Of a stretch of DNA of 64,000 nucleotides, positions 37,101 to 48,600 are shown piece by piece. The stretch's first letter is position 1; the number at the start of each line of letters is the position of its first letter. The stretch lies in NCBI GenBank assembly GCA_965153355.1, contig OZ231126.1, positions 4,092,001-4,156,000 on the forward strand, in the 5' to 3' direction. This DNA is from Flaccisagitta enflata (Eukaryota). A model generated the notes under the pieces. It made no database searches, was not told where the DNA came from, and was given only the letters and a program-made list of their open reading frames with translations. The translations under genes and the position numbers were made by a program.

Positions 37101-40100
37101 AGTTGATGTTAGCACTGTTTCTATGGTTTGTGTGTGTCAGCCCCAGTCTCAAGGCCAATGATTTTGATCAGTCCATCATTACGGGGATTTTGAGAGCGAT
37201 CAAGAGTCTTTTCACAAGAAATCTGTCCTAGAATTGTTTCTGACACTATTTTCGGGGAGAGAAGGTTGGGCGGCGTGGCCATCGGCGCCCTCGCACGTAG
37301 CGTATTTTTTGCGTAACCTATGCACGTCTTGCGAAGAGACATCAGTTGCACCACAAAAGAGTCAAAGATTTTCATCCTCTGCCCACAACGAGACCTTCAT
37401 TTTTCTTCGGACTTTCATCCGGAATTTTACTTTTCCCTTCAATCCCCGCCTGGATTGCCCCGCCTATGGGAAGACTGAATTGTGCGTCGTAGTGAGCGGT
37501 CCCTTATACTTGTTTCCAGACCCTTTCTCACTCTTCCTGTGGCAGACAGACTGATTACGGCTCGCCGATGAATGAAATGATGCGACTAAGTGGTCGGACT
37601 TCCCGGTCCGGTGCGCCACTTTTAGAAGATGGTATGGTGGGGATGATGATAATACCGGATGGAACGATAGTCACCAAATCACGCCGACTTCCAGATCTCG
37701 GGATGGTAGGTGGGCCTCTAAAGGTGGGACCCACAGGAACAGTCTTCCATCAAAGAAGCCCAAAGAAGGTTGTTGCCACGCGTTTAGGATGAGCAGCCAT
37801 GAGTTCTAAGTCCGGTTGTACCCACTTATATCACATGAGAAGGGCCTTTTGAGAGAGATGGTAGATGATTAGACCAGGGACTGACACAAACCACACTAAA
37901 CCTACTTTCATCACATTCAACCACCGACTGAAGCAAAATGTAAAAGAACATCGTAAAATGAGAATGATAAACGAGTAATGTGGCAAAGGAATAACAATGC
38001 CCTGTAGTAAATATAAAAGTATTTGGGCTAATATTGGGTCTAGCATGGCTATTTGAGAGCTTTATGAATATACAGTCATTAGCCATGATTATTGATGGTA
38101 GTTCATGGGTCCATGATTCATTTTGGGCAGTGAAGACTGGATGGACGGCCTGGAGGATGGAGATGGACGTGATGGTTCTTGATGAGGCGCCCATCTTCCA
38201 GGGGTATCGACTGCGTGACCTCGTAGAGAAGAGAAAGGGCAAGAATTGAGATCCTAACAATCTTGTCCCGTGACGTTTGCGTGCTTCGCATAGCAAAAGT
38301 TGGGAGTATCCCTTCACCCTACTTAGGTAATGTGGAGGAGCAAAAATCATGAAGATGACCATTTTCCTTTTTTTGAAATTCCTTCATCTTCCGTTTTTGT
38401 TTTGGCTTTAAAGTTTCTACAGATTTCCCAGAATTCAGCAAAATCCTGTGCAGTTTTGTTACAAAAAGGACAATTTTTTGTTTTAGAAAATTATGATGCT
38501 TATAAAATTAATAAAAATAAACTAAAATATTAGACCATAAGCTATGAAAAAGCTTATGAAAAGGCAGAATTGCATTTCTTTGAAATATAGAAATTTGTAA
38601 AAACTAATTCAAACAATAACAGCATAGTGTTTTGTCCCACTGCATTATGCAAATTAGGCCCTCAAAAGCAATTTTCTAAAAAACGGAAGATGAACAATTT
38701 TTGATAAAAGAAAAATGGTAAGGGTCCTAAAATTGGCCACTCCACATTAGGTAAAGAGGGCGAAAAGAAATAAACAACTTTTGCTATGTAAAGCACCCAA
38801 CCGTGACGTCCGTTCGTTTCATGTTCAAGTTAGTTGGCGAGGAAAGGTTTACAACAACCACAATAACACACAACGACAAGAATCACCTAAACCGCAACAA
38901 CAACTGGAGTGGCACATAACAGCAACACCACACAACAACAGCACTACACAACAACAGCGCTAAACAACAACAGCACTACACAACAACAGCACTACACAAC
39001 GACAGCACTACACAACAACAGCACTACACAACAACAGCACTACACAACAACAGCACTACACAACAACAGCACTACACAACAACAGCACTACACAACAACA
39101 GCACTACACAACAACAGCACTACACAACAACAGCACTACACAACAACAGCACTACACAACAACAGCACTACACAACAACAGCACTACACAACAACAGCAC
39201 TACACAACAACAGCACTACACAACAACAGCACTACACAACAACAGCACTACACAACAACAGCACTACACAACAACAGCACTACACAACAACAGCACTACA
39301 CAACAACAGCACTACACAATGACAGCAAACAACACAAAATACAAAAACACACTTCAGCAATAGCAACAACTACAACAATAGCAACGACTACAACAATAGC
39401 AACGACTACAACAAAAGCAACAATTACAACAAAAGCAACAATTACAACAATAGCAACAATTACAACAATTACAACAATTACAACAATAGCAACAATTACA
39501 ACAATAGGAGCAACTACATGCAACAACAATAACAACACGCAACAACAATAATAACGCGCAACAACACACTAGTAACATACAACCAACGCAACAATAACAC
39601 AACGCATAGCAAAAAGTTATACACAACTAACAGCAACACACAGCCAACAACACAACAAACAGTTATACACAACTAACAGCAACACACAGCCAACAACACA
39701 ACAAACAACACAACAAACAACACATTACAAACGACAACAAACAACAAACGACACACAACAACAACAAACGACACACAACAACAACAGTACAAACGACACA
39801 CACAACAAACAGCGGCACACAAACAACACACAACACAAAAACAGCAACAGAACAACAACTCTTCAGACGTAGATTAGCAGAATTGTCACAACAACATTAG
39901 CAAAGACATTATCGACAAGCACAACCACATCATTGACATCGACCTCCACAACATAAACAACCACAACCTTTTCTTTTGTGCATTTGTGATAGCCCCTTTT
40001 GATTTGTTTTGGATTGCAGGTTCATCAACATTACCTCACCCATCATTAACGTACCTTTGACGCATTTCTTTGTTGGAACCTTCATCGGCGTGGCGCCCCC

Positions 40101-40771
40101 TTCCTTCATCTACATCTCAGCAGGTCAGTGTTTGTGTGTCCGTCTGTCTTTCGGTTGTCTGTCTTCATTTACATCTCTGCAGGTCAGTGTAAAATCTGTC
40201 TGTGTGACTATCTGCCTGTAGGTTGTCTTCCTTCAATTATACGTTTCAGCGCTGCAGCAGTCCCGTGTTAAACAAGTTCGTCTGACCCCTAGGCTCCCTT
40301 CATTTAGTCCTTAGGAGCTTCGTGTGAGTCTAAGCTGTCTTTCGGTCTCATTGTCTGTCTGACTCTTTGGCTCTATTCAGCATTATTCGGCGCATTTCTA
40401 GTTTTAGACTCTATTTAGCATTCAGAAAAGTGGTTTCTGTCTGTCCATCTCACATCCCCCTTCGTCAGTACAGTAAAACATTAAACATGCCATCAATTGT
40501 AAGGTCTGTCTGCTTCTGTGATCTGTCTGTCTGTGTCATCAAAATCAAGGGCTCGGCGACAGAGAAAGTTCAGACCACGTCCGTCTTCCTTCGTTGACAT
40601 CCATTTGAGCCTCATTTCTGATTCCTACCTCCTCCAGGTCAAACTGTGCACTCTTTGACATCGACTTCTTCGATTTTAACTTGGTATCAAATCGGCCTTC
40701 TCGCCTGCATCGCCCTTCTCTCGCTTCTACCAGTCTTGCTCAAGGACAAATTGAAGAAGAAATTCGAGTAA
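27304..40771 (+). CDS. TMEM41B: TMEM41B/Stasimon (DedA/VTT-domain ER scramblase), 314-aa core model
   Basis: Exons 27304-27373, 32128-32364, 32962-33223, 34017-34154, 40020-40123 and 40638-40771. They encode FLQTFAIPGSIFLSILSGFLFPFPLA...YIIFLRITPFLPNWFINITSPIINVPL..FFVGTFIGVAPPSF and a C-terminal KKKFE* di-lysine motif. The start exon is less certain than the core. Confidence 0.9.
28590..29560. repeat. ~20-bp satellite (TCATCACCTTCAACTACTGT-like)
   Basis: Long tandem array; the ORFs in all three frames are repeat artefacts. Confidence 0.95.
30490..31078. repeat. 22-bp satellite (GCCATCATGGACTTCAAGGTAT)
   Basis: About 26 near-identical tandem units with no spacers. Confidence 0.95.
34268..38259 (-). 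mobile_element. Young non-autonomous, gag-only LTR retrotransposon in a TMEM41B intron
   Basis: Near-identical direct repeats at 34268-34910 and 37620-38259 (one 3-bp indel and one substitution seen). TSD ATCT(T) at 34264 and 38260. The minus-strand LTR starts TGTTAGG. A PBS-like TGGCGCACCGGACCGGGA lies at 37618->37601. No RT or integrase ORF. Confidence 0.88.
35655..36569 (-). CDS. Gag/capsid-like protein of the LTR element
   Basis: 304-aa ORF in the element's sense orientation, with LDAYHRLT..Y..MV.KL.EEF and an MHR-like KRKKGQSLKDFAQEVKKDL. The similarity is judged by eye. Confidence 0.7.
   Translation of the reverse strand: MADDDQESGQELTNAYRRRCISYPDYKPTMDFGIWMNGLREKIRYAFGFTHDQTDEVDAEIVRSISGRLQVGTALDAYHRLTDAEKENYFSMVLKLTEEFTDPQEKQRFQEDFEYTKRKKGQSLKDFAQEVKKDLNRYSDMPDHFNVGQRKVENSAKIREGIRRFRKGIRDRRGKRDKNQIRHMKYYLHSEADLTWDKALDVACRYEMAHDVSSNSSDSSSNDGDDYDGDDNDGASFLEARKKSKSKKKQKKKKKETAEAVTIAALSDRVKKIPTTLKISRKDRNNFQRIYQSGVTKRILQWTK
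38930..39320. repeat. 16-bp minisatellite (ACAACAACAGCACTAC), followed by C/A-rich low-complexity sequence to ~39860
   Basis: Seen directly in the sequence. Confidence 0.9.
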
Positions 40772-42668
40772 ACAGAACAAAGAAAAGGGGGGAGGGAAGT
40801 GAAGTGAGGCTGAGGAAAGGGTTTTTGAGTTAAAGCTCGTGGTCGCGGAAGTTTTTGGACTGTGGCAATCGGCCAATGTCAACTTCTTTGCAAGTTCAAA
40901 CGTATTGGGGTAACAGCCGATTGTAAACGACGACTTTGGACCGGTTCTGAATTCTGTCAATTGACCACTTCCCTTCGTTTTCTAACCTTTTTGCGTCTAG
41001 AGCGTTAATTTCGCTTTGCTATCGGAAACGCAGCGATTGCAATCGATATCCTACAATCGGAAAACTTTCTTCAGTTTTTACTAGCTCGCTATTATTATTT
41101 TGGTCTGTGATGTGGGTGGATTAGGGAAGCTTAGCCGAACTGAGCACACCTATATGCGCCTATGATACAAACAGTGATGATGTTACCGGTTATTTTGATA
41201 TCAAGCACGGAACGTTTATAGCGTCTTTCTGTGGTGCCTTGGACCTCGTTATTACTATTTGCCACTTTCGTTATTAGATCGATCGATCTCAAATCATTGC
41301 ATTGCATCGGATATTTATTGAAACCATTTTCCTCGCGGAGCTTTCTGTATTACCAAAGCACAAAACGATTGTGTTATTATTTCTCTTGTCTTTTTTTGTC
41401 AATTCGCTTTCGAGCTCGAGAGCGTTATTAGATTGATAACTAACCCCCTCGAAGCGAAGGTCAGTGATTTTAGTTTTCTCAAAAAAAAAAAAAAAAAAAA
41501 AAAAATTTACAAACATGAACGCGATAGTTTCGCTTTTGATTCTCGATGTAGCTAGATTCCTTTTTCTACATTTTGCAGGGATTTCTCTCAACAGATGACT
41601 GTCGAGCTATGCCAAGGCCACAGTTAACTTGTGACGGTAAATGCCATGGTCTTAGATAACTGAGGCGTTAAATGATTAGTTTGAAGATGAGAGCTCGTTG
41701 GTGTGTGCCCGTCTCGCTAACTAAATTCCTTCGTAGGTCAATGAACGAGGGGAATAAAGATTTTTGAAATCGCATGAAGCTGTTTAGTCGCGTGCTACGC
41801 TACTGTTTACCCCGCTTGGTCGGTCGGTCGGTTAGTTGGTAACATTTTACTTTTGTTTTTGCGGTCTTTTGCCTCACTGCTCCTGCCCAAGTATTTTAGT
41901 TACCTCCAATATAGCCACTGCTCATCCGCACGCCACTGGGATAGCCGTTTATCCGGCCTTGTTTTGTCAGGAAATAGATTGAAAATGAAAAGCCAGTAAT
42001 CAAAAGAGACAAGCTTGATTTATTGCGACCGATCCGAAAGAACGAAATTTAGTAAATGAATCATGAAATTGACAATTCGATCGAATGATGATTATGCAGT
42101 GTAATTATATCACTTGATTTTGTAAATGAGTTGATAGCAGGAATTTGAGAGAGAGAAATCAGATAAAAAAAAGACCATCACCTGAGAGCGTAGAATAAAG
42201 GTTTCATAGAGACAGTTGATTGAATATAATAATACCTTCATCGGCTGATCTAATATACAGCTGGATATTCATTTATGCAGTGTGTAAAGGAGATCTAGGT
42301 TTCAAAAGTTTGAAATAACACACGGTGCACAATTAGGCGGAAAATTAATGAAATATATATCATGTATTCTCAATTATCGGTGAGATAGATATGTATTCCT
42401 AACTATCTTTGAGATAGCAAAGTGGAATTGGTTAAAGACATTTTGTAGTTTCTACTTTATTAACATTGATATTTTCCGCAAAATTGTGCAGTATCTGCCA
42501 CGAATTGAGAGATAGCCAGGATATACTACGCGCTATGCTGGCGCCTAACATTCACACCCTTAGGCACAACTGGTATTTAATTTGTACAAAATAGACGAGA
42601 ATTCTCTTTTCTTAACGGCTTGGCGAGACCGGTGTGAAACGCCTCGTAATAGCGATGGAAAGATGTGA

Positions 42669-45600
42669 CTACTGCGCGTTCTTGACAAGTGGCAGTGGCT
42701 GATGTTCCAACTCCAACGTGGAAGACTTTTCTTCCGTCCCCGTCTTCGTCGTTGCAGCGTCTGTCTCCTCTTCCTCTTCATCAACGACGTTGACATCGAC
42801 GTCATTCTCCGATGCGGATGTCGTCGACGCCGGCCGATCACTAAGCCGTCCCTCGGCCACCTCCTCTTCCCCTTCACCCTCTCTTTCCTCTCCCTCCTCA
42901 ACGATTCCATCTCTATTAGCCGTATTCATTCCCACCACATTCGGCGAAATCTGCAAGTCCTCGTTATCGTCGTTTGCTTTCGGTTTGAGGAGGAGGTGAT
43001 CGGCCACCATCTCGACCACTCCTCCTCCTCCTCCTCCACCAGTGGCCACTTTCGCCGTCGCGTTGGAGGAAGTGACGGGAAGTGACGCCACTGAAGACGA
43101 CGCGGAAGATGTCGACGGTCTCGAGAGATCCTTGACGACGGCATCGTCGAGTGCGGGCGGCGAAATGGAGACGCGGGTCGACGATCTCTCCAGCTGAGTC
43201 GGCGGCGCCATTTGAGGCGGCGTTGACGTCAGCATTCTCCGCGCCAGTAACGACGATGACGCGGCGGCAACAGCGGCGTTGGAATAGCCGGAAGCCGAAG
43301 CCGCCGCGGCCTGAGTGGAAACTCCCATCGCTCCTTTCCCATTCTTCTCCCTTCCATCTCTTTGATGCAGCTGCAAATCTCTTTGCACGGACGGTTCCAC
43401 GTTGTATTTGGAGTTGAGCATAGCCGCGACTTTCTCCAGCGTGTCCCGCGGACTCGTGTGTTCCTTGATCAAGTTGATTTGATCGTAATAAGTGGTGTTG
43501 CGCTTCTTGCTCAAGTCGAGGATGTGATCTTGCATGGAAGCGGGTTTGGGTCGAGGTGGATTCGACTTGGAGACGAGGTTTAACGGCCCCAAAGGAGGTG
43601 GGGAAGAGGAGGAAGTGGAAGAGGATGTTGTCGCGTTGATCATCATCATCGACATCATCGCCGCCGCTGAGGAGGAGGAAGACGATGATGCCGACGGTGG
43701 CAGGAAAGATGAGGAAGAGGAAGGTGACATTGCGTGATGCCGATCGCGGTGCAGCGAATCTCTGCAGATGACAAGTGGAGAAAAATAAAGGTGGTTAAAA
43801 CAAATCGGTTCTTACGAAAACCGAGTTAGTACAGTAGATGTCGTCTAGACTTGGAAATACGGGGGAGCTCATAACTTGAGCATCAATACAATGAGGGGAT
43901 TGATATCTTGCTGGTGTTATGTATAGACTCTAAGGGGTTGACGATGGGGTATGGCATCCCCCTACGGCTTACCTTACAAAAAAAACTTTTAGTATAAAAT
44001 ATAAGGATCAATCATTTTTATGGCAGAATTTCAGCTTCATTCATTTTCTTTAATTGCAAAACCAGCCTGGGATTCGAACCTGGAACCTTCAAAGAAACAA
44101 ACTGATCACAAGAATTCTGAAGTTCAGTAAGTTAACCACAAGACCAATTCCTGCAACTGTTTAAGTGGAGTGAATTGGAATTAGTATATTCAAAAAAAAT
44201 TTCTATCCTCAAGAGCTGCCATACCCCATCGTCAACCTTATAGGACATAAGCATTATACACACACAGTTTCATTTCACTGGTGTAAATGGTAGTTACGAT
44301 ATAAGGGCCCCCCTATTTACAAGTATAGACGACATCTACTGTACTTTCTATGACGGAAATGCTAATAACAAGGCCGGATATACGGCAATACAGTCGCGGA
44401 AGGTTAGGGAGAAGCGGTAATGCGAAAACCGCTTTCAATTCAAAAATGAACGGACGGACGGACCGACCGACCGACACGGCAAGGTGTAGTCGCGTGTCGG
44501 CGACTAAAAATATGTATTGTATAATTTGCAATTGCTTGCTATCGTATCTTGTTCGTCGTCTCAACGACTAAATCTTCTCTTTCTGTTGCCCTGGTTGTTC
44601 AAAGACCGCGCGGTAATGGAATGAATGAATGAAACTTTGTGACATGTTACCTGGCAGTTTTAAACACGTCTGTCTGTTCTCCCAAGATGTCCATATGATC
44701 TTGATCTAAATGCATTCTAAGAATGGCGGCGGAAGGGAAGGCCTTGTCGCAGATCCGACAAATGAACGGATGGAATGGAGAAGAGGGTAACCGACCGGCA
44801 TCCTCGGCGCATCGCTGCAACGCCATCTGTTGGGAAGCGGGAATGAGGGAAAGGAGATTAAGAGATATCTGATCGACTGACGTATAGAACGAAAATCGCC
44901 ATCGAAGAAAATATGTGACAGTTAGAACAACGTAACGTTACTAAATGAAATGAGTCTTACACTCATCAAATGCCCCAAAAAACTAATGGTTGTCACAAAG
45001 ACGGCTTAAATGCAGGCCTGATTTTTGTGATTTTTCTCACCGAGCCAGTTGGGCTCGCTCCTCACAATTTGACAGAGCCCGAAAGGAAAACCATGAGACC
45101 GGTAAAAATGTCATGCCTAATTTTACAATCATATCAGCCTAGTTTTATAAAAGAAGCTAATGATTATATGATGTAATGATGAAATAATCACTTCAAAGAT
45201 GATTCAGTTTGTGAAAAAAATCGTAAAACGACTCAAAACTTGATGATTTTTCATACATTTCACTGAATCAGCTTGAGCACATTAAATCCATCCCATCAAT
45301 GACAGAGAGCCAGCCGGGCTCAGAGCTTGCAAAACATGAGAGCCCGAGAGCAAAATAGAGAGCATCGGGCTCGCGGGCTCGCTCTAAAATCAGGCCTGCT
45401 TAAATGTAAGAAATAGCCATAACCTTTGGAAACCATTGGAGCGTTACTCAACAGCATTTGACGACCACTAATCGTAATAATTTCATGACAGTCAAACTAA
45501 GGGGGCGTTTCTAGTCAGAGACAACCGCGTTTTGAACTGGCCACTCGGTCGCTCGCTACGTTCGTTCGCTCGCGCTCACTCGCTCCGCAGCGCTCTGTTT

Positions 45601-48600
45601 TGCTTCACTCACTCGCTCCATTCACAGGCTCGCTCACTCACTTCGCTCACTCCCTCGTGGGACAGTTGGAATTCTTGAATATGTGTTCACACTGTTATCG
45701 CGTTTCACAGGAAGAAACGCGTTTTTGGCGCTCACTAGAAACACGCCCTAAGAAATATCTCGCCAATGAGACTGACCTCTCTGAATTTGTTGGAGGAAAA
45801 GTCCAAGTAGTTGAGATCGCCGAAGCCCAAAGGCTTGGAGGCGATTCTGTTTTCGCTGAGGCCGAGACTGCTGCTGCTGCTGCTGAGGCCGAGACGATGG
45901 ACGCTTTGCACGTGCAACGAAAACTCGCGCGGGTTGGTAAAGGTCAAGTCACATTCCGGACACGCGCTTGCCACCTGACAAGAGAAGAAGCGAGATGATT
46001 TTATGGCTCAGATCAGTGAGATGTTCAAAATACAGACAAAAGTGAAATACAAGAAGATAACCCCCCAAAAACTGTAGCACCCCCCCTACAGCCTCGACTG
46101 TAGATTAAAGAAAGACATATAAGATAGGGAATGGAAGCTTATATCAATACAATTAGCCTTATTAAAGCGATTTTGGAATTTCATTCCCAGTAAAAAGTTA
46201 TAGCTAAAAAATTAGTAAAAAAATTTAGTTAGTTTTTAAACTGTAACTCTTAACTGGGAATAAAATTCCAAAAATCGCTCTGATGAGGCTAATTGTATTG
46301 ATATAAGCTTTTATTCTCTATCTCACATGCAAATTTTCATTCAGCGGTTGCGGCTGTAGGGGGGTGCTAGTTTTTGGGGGGTTAACTTCTTGTATTTCAC
46401 TTTCGTCTGTACATACATGTACATATCTCGGACAACAAGGGACAGTTAAATTTTAGTTCATCAGGTGTTATTGAAAGGTTTCTGCCATTGCCAATGTAGG
46501 AAATTAAGAGTAATGGCTTAAACTTTAAAGGGATGAGGTCAAAGTTTGTTACAGGCGGATTTCCGTTACTCTCGGGTCCATTACAGCGGGGTAGAACTAA
46601 AGACACCATTTCCTGCATACCGCTGCGCCTTTGCTGTGTTCTTCCATGTGAAATTTGTATCCGATTTCCGAGAGGAATGTTTTGGAGCATATTGGACAAG
46701 TCAATTGAGACGCCGGAGAGTATCGCGATGATGCCGACGACGATGTTGACGAGGCCAAATGAGGAGGAGGAGGCACCAGCGGCGGTGGTAGTGGCAGTGA
46801 CCCGGCTAGACCCTCACTTTGCTTCGCCGTCGTCTTGCCCAGGCTTGTCTGTGCGAATAATGGTCGGTCGGTTTATTACAATGACTTGATAAAAGTTTAA
46901 ATGTCAATGCGTTAAGTGTATAAATTGCCAGTGTAGGAATTGTGAGACATCGATTTTCTTACCCCAGCTTCTTCTGCTTGCTGCTGCTGCTGCTGTTGCT
47001 TCTTTCTTTTCATCGCGTATTTATCCGCCTTTGTGGGTTTCCCAGATTCGCCGCCATTTTCTTCCGGTTTCTTCTCTTCGCCTGAGTTGTTTAGATGAAA
47101 ATTTACATTAGCAACTAATATCATACTTAGTCAACTACCGCGAGCTCAAACACTGCACCGATACGTACATTCAAACGCCGATGCATGGCGTACTAATAAC
47201 TGTGCCAGCGCAATGCGGCCTTGTGACGTTAATTGTAGCTGTATCATTTGCCTAAACCTGAGAATTGTTCAATATTCCGACAGTTTTAAGTAGGGATATG
47301 GAAGCAAGTGACTGCTTTCAATTAAGAGGATGGGATAGCTACAAGTATCGCCGATACCATTGGAAATGTAAAATGGAAGCGGAAGCGGAATCAAAAGCGG
47401 CAGAAGCGGCATTAAAATCGACCGCTTCCACATCCCTAGCACTGAGCTTTGCTTCCGTTTTCTTCCAGCAAAAACTCACCATTAGCAGCGGCGGCGACGG
47501 CGTTGGCCGATTTCCTCTTCCTGCCCCTGTTTCCTTTGCCAGAGTACTTTTCCTGTATCTCCTCCGCGGTCGTTGTTCCTTCGCGTTCGTGAATGCGCAA
47601 ATGACGGTGCATGTTGCCGTTAGTCGTAAAGGCCATGCTGCACAACGGGCACACGAATGGCCGCTCGCCTAGTGGGGGGGGGGATGAGGGAAAGTGGATA
47701 CACTCTTTATTTTTTTTTAAGGACCAGTAAATTTTTTTTGAGCCTTGGATGTCTTTATATTATCAAAAATTTGAGGCTGTTCTTAAAATGTCTTTAATTT
47801 TTTCTTCGCAAGGCAAGTATCTAACTATTGTCAAATGTAACTATACCTAACTAAATAAAATATAAAAAAAATAGATATGACAAATTGGTTTTAAAAGAAA
47901 ATAAACTTTTCAAACTAAAAACACATCAACAATTCAACATAAAGCAGGTTCTTATGAAAACAATCACAGCACTTTTTTTCTAACACTGCCAATCTTCTTG
48001 AGAGAAAATTTTTGCCGAGGCCGAATTTGAGAATTTGAGAATCTCACTTGAGAGAAGATTTTTGCCGAGGTCTTATTTGAGGCTGAGCCTTGTCCTTAAA
48101 ATGTCCTTAATTTTTGGCTAAATCTCAGCCTCAATGTCCTTATAAACTTTGTCCTTACTCAAAATAAAGAGTATATATGACAAGAGGATGGTAAGGTAAG
48201 GTAAGGTTGTAGCGCCCCTAGGCGAACTCCTGTTCGCATTGCGGGGGCCTCGGATATCGCTCCTCTGTGTGTATAGTAGTTTTTTTTTCCTCGTTTCGTC
48301 ACCAGATCTGAGTTCATCTTTTTTCTACTATACATCTTTAGGTTTTTTCATTTTTCCATCCGTCATACGCCGTCTTAAACCCATTCACCGACTTTTTTTC
48401 TCTCACTTCATCTGGAATTTTATTCCAGATATTTGCAGCCCGTACATTAAAGAAATTTTTTCTAATTTCCAATCGGGCGGTTTCCACTTTAAGTACATTT
48501 TTTTTCCGTCTCTCTCCTTCCTCCGTGATCACCACGTTTTGTCTCGTTGGCCTTTGTCCTTCATCTTCAACCTCGAACCATTGCGTCTTATCCACGTGGT

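Noticed and set aside
38312-38765. Degenerate inverted termini suggesting an old MITE
   Set aside because: The TIR match is too poor and no TSD could be determined.
44060-44150. Functional tRNA gene
   Set aside because: Only box motifs are present; no acceptor or anticodon stems could be folded.
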